A model generated the notes under the pieces. That model had not been told where the DNA came from. It saw only the letters and a list, made by a program, of their open reading frames with translations, and searched no databases. A stretch of DNA of 60,853 nucleotides, counting the filler. It is 8 parts of 8 records of this genome, joined end to end, with 100 filler letters (N's around TTAATTAATTAA, not from the genome) between each part and the next. Parts side by side here need not be neighbours in the genome. Positions count along the whole stretch, not along the records: positions 1 to 15,736 come from SRR31147125_440; positions 15,837 to 22,525 come from SRR31147125_467; 6 more parts are not named here. One strand, given 5' to 3'. This document shows, piece by piece, positions 10,871 through 21,137 of this stretch. The position numbers and the translations under genes are program-made. Position 1 is the first letter of the stretch. Each line of letters begins with the position of its first letter.

Positions 10871-10873
10871 ATA

Positions 10874-11838
10874 ATGAAAGTAGGTAGTATTATTATTTCG
10901 CTTGATTTTGAGTTAATGTGGGGTCTGAGTGGTTGGGACATTAAAGATTTGAATAAGTATAAAAAAAATGTGGCGGGAAGTATCCCGGCATTAAAAGAGA
11001 TTCTAGCAATTTTTAGAGAATATAATATGAATTGCACAATAGCTTATGTTGGTGCTATGCTTTGCGAAAATATAGAGTCTTTTTTTACCTATATTCCAAA
11101 GACTAAACCGACTTATAAGAATGCAGTATTTTCTTCTTACGAATCAATACTGCCTTATATAAATAATCCATTTAACGAATCCTTATTTTTTTGTAAGGAT
11201 TTAATTAATGGTTTTAAAAAAAATGATTTAATTGAACTTGCGTCACATACTTTTTCTCATTATTACTGTCTTGAGGAAGGACAAAATTATTTGCAATTTA
11301 GTGAGGATTGTCAAATAAATAGAAAAATTGCTTCAGAAAACGGTATTAATTATGACTCAATTATTCTACCAAGAAATCAAATAGAAGATAATTATCTAGA
11401 AATAACCAGAAAAGATGGTATAGGCTATTACAGAGGAACAAATAATAGTTTTCTCAGTAAGGCAAGGAAAACAAGGAGCAGATATTCAATTACAGGTTTT
11501 CTTAGGTTTGTTGATGCGTATATTAACCTGACAGGTAAACAAACATTTGAAGTTAAAGAATATAACCAAAAGGATTTACCATTAAATCTAAAAGGTAGTT
11601 GGTTTCTAAGACCCTATTCAAATATTTTATTTTTTCTGGAACCTTTAAAAATTAGGCGGATTAAGAAATCAATGACTTATGCTGCAAAAAAAAATGAAAA
11701 CTACCATCTTTGGTGGCATCCTCACAATTTTGGATTGAATATGGATAAGAATTTAAATAATTTAAAAAAATATGTGAACACTATAAACTACTTAATTCAA
11801 AATATGGATACACCAGTAAAAAAATGAACGATTTTTAA
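10874..11838 (+). CDS. Polysaccharide deacetylase family protein (probable C-terminal frameshift in the A-run near 11765; true stop probably 11838)
   Basis: ISLDFELMWG, ELASHTFSHYY, YHLWWHPHNFG; the alternative frame continues ICEHYKLLNSKYG to a TAA overlapping the next ATG. Confidence 0.8.
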
Positions 11839-12980
11839 TGAAGAAAAAATTAATAAGATTAACCACCGTTCCTGAGTGTTTGTTTTGGCATATAAATGGT
11901 CAACTTAATTTCATCAACAAATATTTTGACGTAGTAGTTATATCATCTGGGGGCAAGTATTTTGAAGATACTTTAAGAAGAGAAAGTGTAAGAGGAATAA
12001 TAATAGATTTTTCCAGAAAAATATCTTTTTATAAAGATATAAAGTGTTTAATATCACTTATTAAAATATTTATAAAAGAAAAACCTCTTATCGTGCATTC
12101 GCATACGCCAAAATCGACTCTGTTGTCTATGATTGCAGCGTATTTCACAAGAGTTCCACATAGAATATATACTGTAACTGGATTAAGGTTTGAAACTACT
12201 ACTGGATTTCTAAGGTATGTATTAATTACTATGGAAAAAATTTCATGTCTTTGTGCAACAAAAGTAATCCCAGAAGGAGAAGGAGTAAAGAAAACACTAA
12301 TCAAAGAGAGAATCACCAAAAAACGAATGTCAGTTTTATTAAATGGAAATATCAATGGAATAAATCCTGAGTATTATAATATTCATTCAATAGATATTGA
12401 TCTTATCGAGTTAAAACAAAGTTTGGGGATAGATGAAAATCATTTTATATTTTGTTTTGTAGGTAGAATTGTAAAGGATAAAGGAATTAATGAGTTAGTT
12501 TCTGCCTTTCTTTCTGTTAATCAACAGAAGACAGATACAAAACTTCTTTTGGTAGGAAATTTTGAAAATGATCTTGATCCTGTTTCAGAAAGCACGTTAA
12601 TTACCATTAAGAGCAATAAAAATATTATTCATGTAGGATTCCAGAAAGATGTGAGACCTTATTTGGCTATTTCAAATGTTCATGTGTTTCCAAGTTATAG
12701 GGAAGGTTTTCCGAATGTTGTTTTACAGGCAGGTTCTATGGGGCTTCCAAATGTAGTTACTGATATATCAGGTTCAAACGAAATAATTGAGGATGGCATT
12801 AATGGTCTTATTATACCTCCTAGAAATGAAGCAAAACTTCTAGAGGCAATGGAGAAAGTATATTCTGATAATGAGTTAATCTGTAAGTTCTCTGAAAATG
12901 CACGTAAATTAATAGTACAAAGGTATTCACAAGAAAAAATTTGGAATGCGTACTTGGATATGTATAATCATTTGAAATAA
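11838..12980 (+). CDS. GT4 glycosyltransferase (CapM-like)
   Basis: VHSHTPK, FVGRIVKDKGI, FPSYREGFPNVVLQA. Confidence 0.9.
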   Translation: MKKKLIRLTTVPECLFWHINGQLNFINKYFDVVVISSGGKYFEDTLRRESVRGIIIDFSRKISFYKDIKCLISLIKIFIKEKPLIVHSHTPKSTLLSMIAAYFTRVPHRIYTVTGLRFETTTGFLRYVLITMEKISCLCATKVIPEGEGVKKTLIKERITKKRMSVLLNGNINGINPEYYNIHSIDIDLIELKQSLGIDENHFIFCFVGRIVKDKGINELVSAFLSVNQQKTDTKLLLVGNFENDLDPVSESTLITIKSNKNIIHVGFQKDVRPYLAISNVHVFPSYREGFPNVVLQAGSMGLPNVVTDISGSNEIIEDGINGLIIPPRNEAKLLEAMEKVYSDNELICKFSENARKLIVQRYSQEKIWNAYLDMYNHLK

Positions 12981-13001
12981 ATGAAAACTAAATTACATAA
13001 A

Positions 13002-13304
13002 ATGAAACTTTTAATTACTGGAATTTCAGGTTTTGTCGGAACAAACTTCAAGAAAGAAAGCCTTGAATACCAAATTCAGGATATTGATCTATTAAAAATA
13101 AAACCTGAAGAAATTAATTTTTACCGTTGTGAAGCCCTTTTCCATCCCGCCGCTCTTGTCCACCAAATAAAAGGTGCACCAGAAAAAGAATACTACAATG
13201 TAAATTCAGACTTAGCTTTCAAAACTGCAAAACATGCAAAAGAAAATGGGGTAATACATTTTGTGTTCATGAGTACAATTAAAGCTTATTCAGTTTTTCA
13301 CTAA
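13002..13304 (+). pseudogene. 5' fragment (96 codons) of an NAD-dependent epimerase/dehydratase, paralogous to 14794-15654
   Basis: Colinear with 14794-15081 without indels (ITGISGFVG...FVFMSTIKAY), about 70% aa identity by manual count, then truncated. Confidence 0.85.
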
Positions 13305-13309
13305 ATTTG
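13302..13309 (+). promoter_or_regulatory. Bacteroidota sigma-ABfr -7 element (TAnnTTTG)
   Basis: TAAATTTG ending 27 nt before the ATG at 13337. Confidence 0.5.
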
Positions 13310-13336
13310 TATATGAATATGTAAATATAAATTGGT

Positions 13337-13498
13337 ATGTCAACATTACGCATAGATATTTTACCAAAAAATGCACAAAAGGAAATTCAGGATTTTTATG
13401 AGTTTTTAGTCTCAAAATATGTGCATAACAAGAAGAAAAATGAATCTTCATGGCAAAAAGATTTGTTGTCTGTGGGCACATGGAATGTGAATTTTTAA
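13337..13498 (+). CDS. 53-aa DUF2281-like (antitoxin-type) small protein, absent from the ORF track
   Basis: Manual translation MSTLRIDILPKNAQKEIQDFYEFLVSKYVHNKKKNESSWQKDLLSVGTWNVNF; LP...Q.E..DF.EFL..KY pattern. Confidence 0.6.
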   Translation: MSTLRIDILPKNAQKEIQDFYEFLVSKYVHNKKKNESSWQKDLLSVGTWNVNF

Positions 13499-13543
13499 TT
13501 TCTATCAACCCCATATTTTATTCACTATACTAAACAAATATCG

Positions 13544-13551
13544 TATATTTG
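13544..13551 (+). promoter_or_regulatory. Bacteroidota -7 promoter element (TAnnTTTG)
   Basis: TATATTTG upstream of the ATG at 13576. Confidence 0.5.
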
Positions 13552-13575
13552 GAAAATTTTCATGGTATACTGAAT

Positions 13576-14778
13576 ATGAATTTGATAAAGCGCGAAAAAT
13601 ATCTTAACAGGGTAAGACCATATTTCAACAAGCAACTTATAAAGGTTATTACCGGGCAGCGCAGGGTTGGCAAAAGCTATCTATTAAAGCAAATTGTAGA
13701 TGAGCTAGCTGACTTAAACCCCACAGGTAATTTCATTTACATTGATAAGGAAAAATTTGAGTTTGATGAGATAAAGTCCTACATCCATTTAATAGAATAC
13801 ATCAAAAAGCAAAGTCTTGACAAAACAAATTATGTTTTTATCGATGAGGTACAGGAGATTGAAGGTTATGAAAAAGCTTTGCGCAGCCTGCTTTCTGATG
13901 GCAATTACGATATTTACTGCACCGGTAGCAACTCATCGGTATTTTCAGGCGAGTTAGCGACCCTGCTTAGTGGAAAACAGGTTGAAATACGTGTCCACAG
14001 TTTATCCTTTAGTGAGTTCCTTTTATTTCATAAATTAGATAAAACCCGTGAAACACTCATGCGTTATCTTAAGCATGGTGGCATGCCCTATTTGGTTCAT
14101 GTTCCGCCTGAGGATGAAATGGTGTTTGATTATCTGAAAAATATTTATGCTACCATTTTGTACCGCGATATTGTGAGCCGAAACCAAATACGCGATACGG
14201 CTTTTCTTGAAAATCTTTTGCGATATCTTGCCGATAATACAGGGAGTATTGTGTCGGCAAATAAAATATCGGCTTATCTAAAATCGCAAAATAATAGTAA
14301 AACATCTTCTGTCATAATCAATTACATTGCTTACCTTGAAAAAGCGTATTTTATATCAGGGGCAAAACGACAGGATATAAAGGGAAAAAAAATATTTGAA
14401 AGTGGTGAGAAATTTTTTTTCGAAGACTTGGGCCTGCGAAATGCAGTAGGTGGATATAAGCCTTCTGATATTGCTAAAACTCTTGAAAACGTAGTGTACA
14501 ACCATTTATGTTTTTTTGGATATTCTGTTTGCGTCGGAAAAAATTATGATAAAGAAATTGATTTTATCGCACACCGAAATGGCGAATACATATATGTACA
14601 GGTGGCTTACCTCTTATCATCCGAAAATGTAACAAAAAGAGAATTTGGTAATTTATTGGATATACAAGACAATTACCCGAAATACGTAGTAACAATGGAT
14701 GATTTTCCCGCTATTACAACCTATAAAGGTATCAGGCATATTCATCTGCTTGATTTTTTAAGCCTTGATGACTTATAA
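13576..14778 (+). CDS. AAA_14 ATPase with C-terminal DUF4143 (PD-(D/E)xK-like) domain
   Basis: Walker A GQRRVGKS, Walker B FIDEVQ, TGSNS, GGMP, D.GL, EIDF...YVQV; start ATG probably 13576. Confidence 0.9.
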   Translation: MNLIKREKYLNRVRPYFNKQLIKVITGQRRVGKSYLLKQIVDELADLNPTGNFIYIDKEKFEFDEIKSYIHLIEYIKKQSLDKTNYVFIDEVQEIEGYEKALRSLLSDGNYDIYCTGSNSSVFSGELATLLSGKQVEIRVHSLSFSEFLLFHKLDKTRETLMRYLKHGGMPYLVHVPPEDEMVFDYLKNIYATILYRDIVSRNQIRDTAFLENLLRYLADNTGSIVSANKISAYLKSQNNSKTSSVIINYIAYLEKAYFISGAKRQDIKGKKIFESGEKFFFEDLGLRNAVGGYKPSDIAKTLENVVYNHLCFFGYSVCVGKNYDKEIDFIAHRNGEYIYVQVAYLLSSENVTKREFGNLLDIQDNYPKYVVTMDDFPAITTYKGIRHIHLLDFLSLDDL

Positions 14779-14793
14779 CAAAATCCATATAAT

Positions 14794-15654
14794 ATGCAGA
14801 TATCTATCACCGGATTTTCCGGCTTTGTCGGAACAAATTTTAAAAAAGAAAACCTGGGTTATATAATTCAGGATATCGATTTATTGCAAATTAAACCTCA
14901 GAATATTGATTTTCGAAATGCTGAAGTTTTCCTTCACCTCGCCGCCCTTGTCCATCAAATGAATGGGGCTCCGGAAAACGAATATTTCAAAGTAAACTCT
15001 GATTTAGCTTTTGAAACTGCAAAACATGCAAAAGAAAACGGTGTAAAACATTTCGTATTCATGAGCACCGTAAAAGTTTATGGAGAATTTACAGATGAGA
15101 GCTCATGGACAGAATATTCTACATGTAAACCTCTTGGCCCTTATGGGAAAAGTAAATTGGAGGGAGAACAACGTATCAAAGAGCTAGAGGATAAAGATTT
15201 TGTTGTCTCAATTATACGCACCCCCCTTGTTTATGGTGCTGGAGTGCGAGCCAATATGCATAATTTGATGGGACTGATAAGTAAAAATAAATATATCCCT
15301 CTTGGAAATATTAACAACAAAAGAAGTTTAACATATGTTGGTAATCTGGTTCAATTAATTGATGAGGTTATTAAGCAGAGAAAATCTGGCGTGTTTTTGG
15401 CATCTGATGGAGAACCTGTTTCAACCACACAGCTTGTTAAAGAAATTACCAATAATTTTGAATCAAGAAAGAGAATTATTAATATTCCAACGATTGCTCA
15501 AAAAACACTTAAAATCGTAAAACCGGATATATACCAGCGCTTATTTGGGGATTTAGAGGTCAACAATACATTGACTTGTGAATCACTTGCTTATAAACCA
15601 AAATACTCTTTCCAGGATGGCATTCAAGAAATGGTAAAGGCATTTCTTTCTTAG
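14794..15654 (+). CDS. NAD-dependent epimerase/dehydratase (UDP-sugar 4-epimerase/reductase)
   Basis: TGFSGFVG, MSTVKVYG, YGKSK catalytic motif, RTPLVYG. Confidence 0.9.
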   Translation: MQISITGFSGFVGTNFKKENLGYIIQDIDLLQIKPQNIDFRNAEVFLHLAALVHQMNGAPENEYFKVNSDLAFETAKHAKENGVKHFVFMSTVKVYGEFTDESSWTEYSTCKPLGPYGKSKLEGEQRIKELEDKDFVVSIIRTPLVYGAGVRANMHNLMGLISKNKYIPLGNINNKRSLTYVGNLVQLIDEVIKQRKSGVFLASDGEPVSTTQLVKEITNNFESRKRIINIPTIAQKTLKIVKPDIYQRLFGDLEVNNTLTCESLAYKPKYSFQDGIQEMVKAFLS

Positions 15655-15736
15655 GATTTTGCTACTATTTTTGTGGAAAACAAAAAGTAGGTCAAGATAA
15701 AAATTGAGTCTGTATATATTTACGGATAACCTTTTT

Positions 15737-15836
15737 NNNNNNNNNNNNNNNNNNNNNNNNNNNNNNNNNNNNNNNNNNNNTTAATTAATTAANNNNNNNN
15801 NNNNNNNNNNNNNNNNNNNNNNNNNNNNNNNNNNNN
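15737..15836. other. Artificial contig-join spacer
   Basis: N-run + TTAATTAATTAA + N-run, 100 bp; gene content changes phylum across it. Confidence 0.98.
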
Positions 15837-15882
15837 ATTGTTACATAATATATCTGTATGCTTAACATGAAAGGATATTAAT

Positions 15883-16479
15883 ATGGCTTTAATACCAATG
15901 GTCGTAGAGCAGACCAACAGGGGAGAACGATCTTATGACATATACTCCCGTCTATTAAATGACAGAATAGTATTTTTAAGCGGAACGGTAGAGGATGAAT
16001 TGGCTAACTTAATAGTAGCGCAGCTTTTATATTTAGAAGCTCAAGATCCGGATAAAGACATCTTCTTATACATAAATTCTCCAGGCGGCTCTGTTACTGC
16101 TGGAATGGCGATATATGACACTATACAGTATATCCGCTGTGATGTTTCAACAATATGCATAGGCATGGCTGCATCAATGGGAGCGTTCTTATTAGGTGCG
16201 GGCGCAAAAGGAAAGCGCAAAGCCTTAGAAAACGCTGAAATTATGATTCACCAGCCATCAGGCGGTACACAAGGTCAGGTCACAGACATTGCTATCCAAG
16301 TTGAACGACTGTTAAGAATCAAAAAGAAAATGAATAAAATTATGGCGAACTTTACAGGGCAGACCTTAAAGAAAATATCAAGTGACGTAGAGCGTGACTA
16401 CTTTATGTCAGCAGATGAAGCAAAAGAATATGGCATAATCGACGAAGTATTACAGGGAAAACAAGGAAAGAAAAAGTAG
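15883..16479 (+). CDS. clpP: ATP-dependent Clp protease proteolytic subunit
   Basis: [28 protein letters not shown]. Confidence 0.97.
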   Translation: MALIPMVVEQTNRGERSYDIYSRLLNDRIVFLSGTVEDELANLIVAQLLYLEAQDPDKDIFLYINSPGGSVTAGMAIYDTIQYIRCDVSTICIGMAASMGAFLLGAGAKGKRKALENAEIMIHQPSGGTQGQVTDIAIQVERLLRIKKKMNKIMANFTGQTLKKISSDVERDYFMSADEAKEYGIIDEVLQGKQGKKK

Positions 16480-16506
16480 CGTGCATGCACGACATGAGGT
16501 GAATAA

Positions 16507-17808
16507 ATGACTAGAATTGATGACGATAATCAACAACCTAACTGCTCATTTTGCGGAAAAGCTCAAGATGAAGTTAGGCGCCTGATTGCAGGTCCCGGAG
16601 TATACATTTGCAACGAATGTATCGATTTGTGTCAGGAAATAATTGAAGAGGATTTCATCATGGAAACCTATGATGAACCTACAGAGATTCCAAAGCCACA
16701 GGAAATTAAGGCTATATTGGACGAGTATGTTATCGCACAGGATGCTGCAAAGAAAGCCATGTCAGTGGCTGTATATAACCACTATAAAAGAGTATTTTCT
16801 GATGCTGCTGCAGATGTGGAATTGCAAAAATCAAATATTGTAATGTTAGGACCTACGGGCAGCGGTAAAACACTGCTTGCTCAAACCTTAGCTAAAATAT
16901 TAAATGTTCCATTTGCAATTGCAGATGCCACATCCTTAACCGAGGCTGGATATGTGGGCGAAGATGTTGAAAACATATTGCTTAAGCTGATTCAGTCAGC
17001 AGACAATAATATTGAACGTGCCGAGCACGGAATAATATACATCGATGAAATCGATAAAATCGCCAAAAAAAGCGATAATCCATCAATAACCCGGGACGTA
17101 TCCGGTGAAGGTGTTCAGCAGGCGCTGCTGAAAATCATCGAAGGTACGGTTGCCAACGTGCCGCCTCAAGGCGGTCGTAAGCATCCCCAGCAAGACTTTT
17201 TGCAGATTGATACAACCAATATTCTGTTTATATGCGGCGGCGCTTTTATGGGAATTGATAAAATTATAGAAAAGCGCATAGGCAAAAAAACCATGGGATT
17301 TGGTGCTGATATTAAATCACTCGAAAGAAAAGATATCGGCGAAATACTAAAAAATATTCTGCCGGAAGATTTATTAAAATACGGCTTAATCCCAGAGATG
17401 GCAGGTCGTCTGCCTGTAATAGTTACTCTCCACTCTTTGGATGAGGATGCCCTAGTAAAAATACTCACAGAGCCTAAAAACGCTCTTACAAAGCAATATA
17501 AGGCATTATTCTCCATGGATGGGGTGGAACTAGAATTTGAGAAGAACGCATTGCAGGCAATAGCAAAGGAAGCCATCAAAAGAAAAACAGGTGCTCGCGG
17601 ATTAAGGGCATTGCTTGAATCCACTATGCTTGATGTAATGTATGACATTCCGTCAAGGGATGACATTAAAAAGTGCATAGTAAATAAAAAGTGCATTGAA
17701 AGTAACGAGCCGCCGAAATTGGTGACAATGCAGTCCATTTCTTCAACTCGCTCCAAAAACAGGAGATACAATTTGAAGAGAATCAGGACGACCAAGTATC
17801 ATAAATAA
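16507..17808 (+). CDS. clpX: ATP-dependent Clp protease ATP-binding subunit ClpX
   Basis: CSFCGK Zn-binding domain, [19 protein letters not shown]; extreme C-terminus may be frameshifted. Confidence 0.97.
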   Translation: MTRIDDDNQQPNCSFCGKAQDEVRRLIAGPGVYICNECIDLCQEIIEEDFIMETYDEPTEIPKPQEIKAILDEYVIAQDAAKKAMSVAVYNHYKRVFSDAAADVELQKSNIVMLGPTGSGKTLLAQTLAKILNVPFAIADATSLTEAGYVGEDVENILLKLIQSADNNIERAEHGIIYIDEIDKIAKKSDNPSITRDVSGEGVQQALLKIIEGTVANVPPQGGRKHPQQDFLQIDTTNILFICGGAFMGIDKIIEKRIGKKTMGFGADIKSLERKDIGEILKNILPEDLLKYGLIPEMAGRLPVIVTLHSLDEDALVKILTEPKNALTKQYKALFSMDGVELEFEKNALQAIAKEAIKRKTGARGLRALLESTMLDVMYDIPSRDDIKKCIVNKKCIESNEPPKLVTMQSISSTRSKNRRYNLKRIRTTKYHK

Positions 17809-17812
17809 AGAC

Positions 17813-17844
17813 AAAGGATAACTGCAAAAGTAGTTATCCTTTTT
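17813..17844 (+). terminator. Intrinsic terminator after clpX
   Basis: aaaggataact-gcaaaagt-agttatccttt followed by T-rich tail. Confidence 0.75.
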
Positions 17845-17850
17845 ATTATT

Positions 17851-17880
17851 TTGCTATTAAATCATCTCATATGATATACT
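17851..17880 (+). promoter_or_regulatory. sigmaA promoter (TTGCTA-18-TATACT, extended TG), probable leaderless start at ygiQ
   Basis: -10 ends 7 nt before the ATG at 17888; no SD sequence. Confidence 0.55.
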
Positions 17881-17887
17881 TAAAACT

Positions 17888-19689
17888 ATGAAACACTTAC
17901 CAGCGACCAAAGAAGAATTTAGAAATACAAATTGGGATAGACCTGATTTTGTATTTGTAATAGGCGAAGCCTATGTAGACCATTTTAGTTTTGGTCATGC
18001 AATAATTTCAAGGGCACTTCAAAATGCAGGATACAAGGTCGCCATGCTTCCATTACCAGATTACAAAGACAAAAATTCTTTTACCATATACGGAGAGCCT
18101 CTACTGGGATTTTTAGTGTCCTCCGGTAATATGGATTCCATGGTTAATCATTATACTGCCGCCAAAAGGAAACGTTCGAAGGACAGCTATGCTCCAAATG
18201 ATACAGCCGGTTTACGTCCCGATAGAGCAACAATTGTGTACTCGAATATGATTCGCCAAAGTTATAAAACCACTCCGATTATTTTAGGCGGCATTGAAGC
18301 AAGCCTTAGACGTTTTGCTCACTATGACTATTGGAGCGATTCCGTACGCCGCTCCGTTCTGGAAGACAGCGGTGCGGATATTTTAGTCTACGGTATGGGC
18401 GAAAAAGCAATTCTTTCAATCGCAGGACTTCTAGACAAGGGAATACCAGTATCATCTATTAACGGAGTTAAAGGTACATGTACAATTTCACACACTTGCC
18501 CCCATGATGCACTTTTGCTGCCCAGCTATGAAAAAGTTTCCCATGATAAAAAAGCATTTGCAGAGTGCTTTATGACGCAACACAAAAATCAAGACCCGGT
18601 AACAGGAAAAACTTTAGTCCAAAAGCAGCACAGAAAATATATTATTCAATATCCTCCGCAGCCTCCTCTAACTCAAAAGGAGATGGATAATACATATGCA
18701 ATACCGCATACCAAAAAAGCTCATCCTATGTACGGAAGCAAAGGAATAAGTGCCCTTAATGAAGTAGAATTTTCTTTGGTTAGTTCAAGAGGCTGTTTTG
18801 GCTCATGTAATTTCTGCGCGTTAGCATTTCATCAGGGCAGGCGTGTTACATCTCGTTCTCATGATTCGTTAATAAAGGAAACTAAAGACTTAACAAAGAA
18901 CAAAAATTTTAAGGGATATATTCACGACGTAGGAGGTTCTACGGCTAATTTTCGTCACCCCTCATGTGAAAAGCAGAAAAAAAGCGGCGTATGCATTGAT
19001 AAAATGTGTTTGTATCCTAATCCTTGTGCTGCATTAAAAATAGACCATGAAGATTATATAACCCTTCTGCGAAAGCTAAGAAACATTGAAGGGGTTAAAA
19101 GGTGTTTGTGCGTTCCGGGCTCCGCTTTGACTACATTATCGCCGACTCGAAAGCTGGTGATTTTGTGCGTGAACTAAGCAAATATCACATAAGCGGAAGG
19201 TTAAAAGTAGCTCCTGAGCATGTGTCATCAAAAGTATTAAGTGCTATGGGTAAGCCTACGAAAGAAGTTTTTAACAAATTCCGCAATATGTATCTAAAGA
19301 CAAACGAAAAGTTAGGGTTAAAGCAGCATATAGAGCCATATTTTATTTCCTCCCACCCGGGCAGCACATTAGATGATGCCATCGAGCTTGCATGCTATAT
19401 GAAGGAGATGAAGATACAGCCAAAACAGGTACAGGATTTCTATCCTACACCATCTACAATATCGACATGCATGTACTACACAGGCTATGACCCAAGAACA
19501 ATGGAAAGAATCTATGTTCCAAAAGGTGAAGAAAAGAGAATGCAAAGAGCCCTTCTTCAGTTTACAGACCCTAAAAATCACGGGTTAGTGGTAAAAGCTT
19601 TAAAAAAGGCGAACAGAGAGGATTTAATTGGTCATAGCGGCAAATGCTTGATTGCACCATACAGAAAAAATTATTCAAAAAGATCTTAA
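17888..19689 (+). CDS. ygiQ: YgiQ family radical SAM protein (frameshift near 19100)
   Basis: AYVDH.SFG, GNMDSMVNHY, RGCFGSCNFC, then VRSGLRFD, LKVAPEH, QVQDFYPTP in a second frame. Confidence 0.9.
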
Positions 19690-19747
19690 TCATGAAAATC
19701 CATTTTAACTGCTAATGACAAGAAATGAAGCAAGAAGAGAAAGGTAA

Positions 19748-19994
19748 ATGAAGCGCAAGCGCACAATATTTTATAGTTTTTAATTTATTCTCTTGAAAAT
19801 AATAAGAAAATTATTCAGGGCTGTCAATTGATTATAATCTCTGTGTCAAATGCCTAGAATGTGTCATAAAATGTCCTATTCAGAGCATTGAATTTGAAAA
19901 TGAAAGATATGTATTTCACGACACATGTGAATCATGCTTGAAATGCCAAATCGTGTGCCCTGTAAAAGCCATTTCCACAAAAAATAAATGTTAA
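19748..19994 (+). CDS. Small 2x[4Fe-4S] ferredoxin-like protein (5' end frameshifted/uncertain; absent from the ORF track)
   Basis: Manual translation from 19821: LSIDYNLCVKCLECVIKCPIQSIEFENERYVFHDTCESCLKCQIVCPVKAISTKNKC*; two CxxCxxCxxxCP motifs. Confidence 0.75.
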
Positions 19995-20115
19995 ATATCA
20001 ATCCGTATATATGTTTTCTTTTTGTTTGTCTCTATGCAGACTTTTTTTAGATGCTGGCATAATTATTATAAAAAAGGCAAAAGATATCCATAAGTTTAAA
20101 ATTGGAGGATACTGT

Positions 20116-21021
20116 ATGTCTATAAACAGAAATCTAAGAACCGACCTTGCAATGGAAGCAAATGAATACTTAGCCAGCCAAAACAAATCTCCTACCGACG
20201 GCATAGTGACCAGAAAAGTTCAGTCCTGTGAAGGAGTGGAAACTGATATAGTGGAGGTAACCACAAACGAAGCCGCAGAAGCCTTAGGGAAAGAAATCGG
20301 TAAATATATTACATTTTCATCTGATGTAATTAATGATCGTGATCCTGATCTTTTTGAAGACATAAGTGAATGTATGGCAGATGCCATGACCGACATGTTA
20401 AGCGATGCGGATAAAAAAAAGGGCGTGCTTGTTATCGGTCTGGGCAACAGATATATGACGGCAGACTCACTAGGTCCTAGAGTAGTTGAAAAAACCATGG
20501 TAACAAGGCATATATTGAAAATAATGCCCGACAAAGTGGACGAAAGGCTACGCCCGGTTTCCGCAATCGCTCCCGGCGTAATGGGCGTAACGGGCATTGA
20601 GACATCTGAGGTAATAGAAAGCTTGGTAGGCAAGATAAATCCAGGTGCGATAATCGCTGTGGACGCTCTTGCATCAATGTCTACAGATAGAATATGCAGC
20701 ACCATACAAGTAGCGGATACAGGCATCAGCCCCGGCGCAGGAGTAGGCAACAAAACCAAATCTCTGAACAGAAAAAGTCTGGGCATACCTGTGATAGCTA
20801 TCGGCTCACCGACAGTAGTCTACGCGTCTACCATAGTAAAGGAAATGACCAAAGGCAATATTTTGGATAGCTCAAAACTTAGGACAATTGAAGACATGAT
20901 AGTTACTCCAAGGGAAATTGACGTTGCAATAGATGACATAGCCAAAATAATTTCCATGGCTCTTAACCTGCTTATACACAAAGGCATAAATGCAGAGCAG
21001 GTAAATACATTTTTAAACTAA
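20116..21021 (+). CDS. gpr: Germination protease (GPR endopeptidase)
   Basis: RTDLAME, VIGLGN..TADSLGP, PGVMGVTGIET, DTGISPGAGVGN, VTPREID; SD GGAGG before the ATG at 20116. Confidence 0.93.
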   Translation: MSINRNLRTDLAMEANEYLASQNKSPTDGIVTRKVQSCEGVETDIVEVTTNEAAEALGKEIGKYITFSSDVINDRDPDLFEDISECMADAMTDMLSDADKKKGVLVIGLGNRYMTADSLGPRVVEKTMVTRHILKIMPDKVDERLRPVSAIAPGVMGVTGIETSEVIESLVGKINPGAIIAVDALASMSTDRICSTIQVADTGISPGAGVGNKTKSLNRKSLGIPVIAIGSPTVVYASTIVKEMTKGNILDSSKLRTIEDMIVTPREIDVAIDDIAKIISMALNLLIHKGINAEQVNTFLN

Positions 21022-21046
21022 AAATATGCCTGATAAAATGCAGGGT

Positions 21047-21086
21047 TATTTATTTAGCATACATATAGTTGTATTTATTTAGCATA
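21047..21086 (+). repeat. 15-bp direct repeat TATTTATTTAGCATA x2 upstream of spoIIP
   Basis: Copies at 21047-21061 and 21072-21086. Confidence 0.7.
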
Positions 21087-21137
21087 TTAATATACTTAGA
21101 AGATAATCAAATAATCTTCTCAAGTATGGAGGATATA

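Noticed and set aside
13290-13514. 74-aa minus-strand ORF
   Set aside because: The + strand 53-aa DUF2281-like ORF with a promoter element explains the region better.
15655-15736. Possible IS end right after the epimerase stop codon
   Set aside because: No partner IR, target duplication or transposase is visible before the contig ends.
17166-17795. Long antisense ORFs (209 aa here; also 20220-20786, 22893-23303, 25191-25673, 41147-41584, 53840-54331)
   Set aside because: Shadow ORFs on the reverse strand of well-supported genes, with no recognisable motifs.
19095-19110. Programmed frameshift in ygiQ (likewise AI-2E, SSS, AOR, permease 2)
   Set aside because: Breaks fall in short A/T runs with no consistent stimulatory structure; the window-wide indel rate is high.
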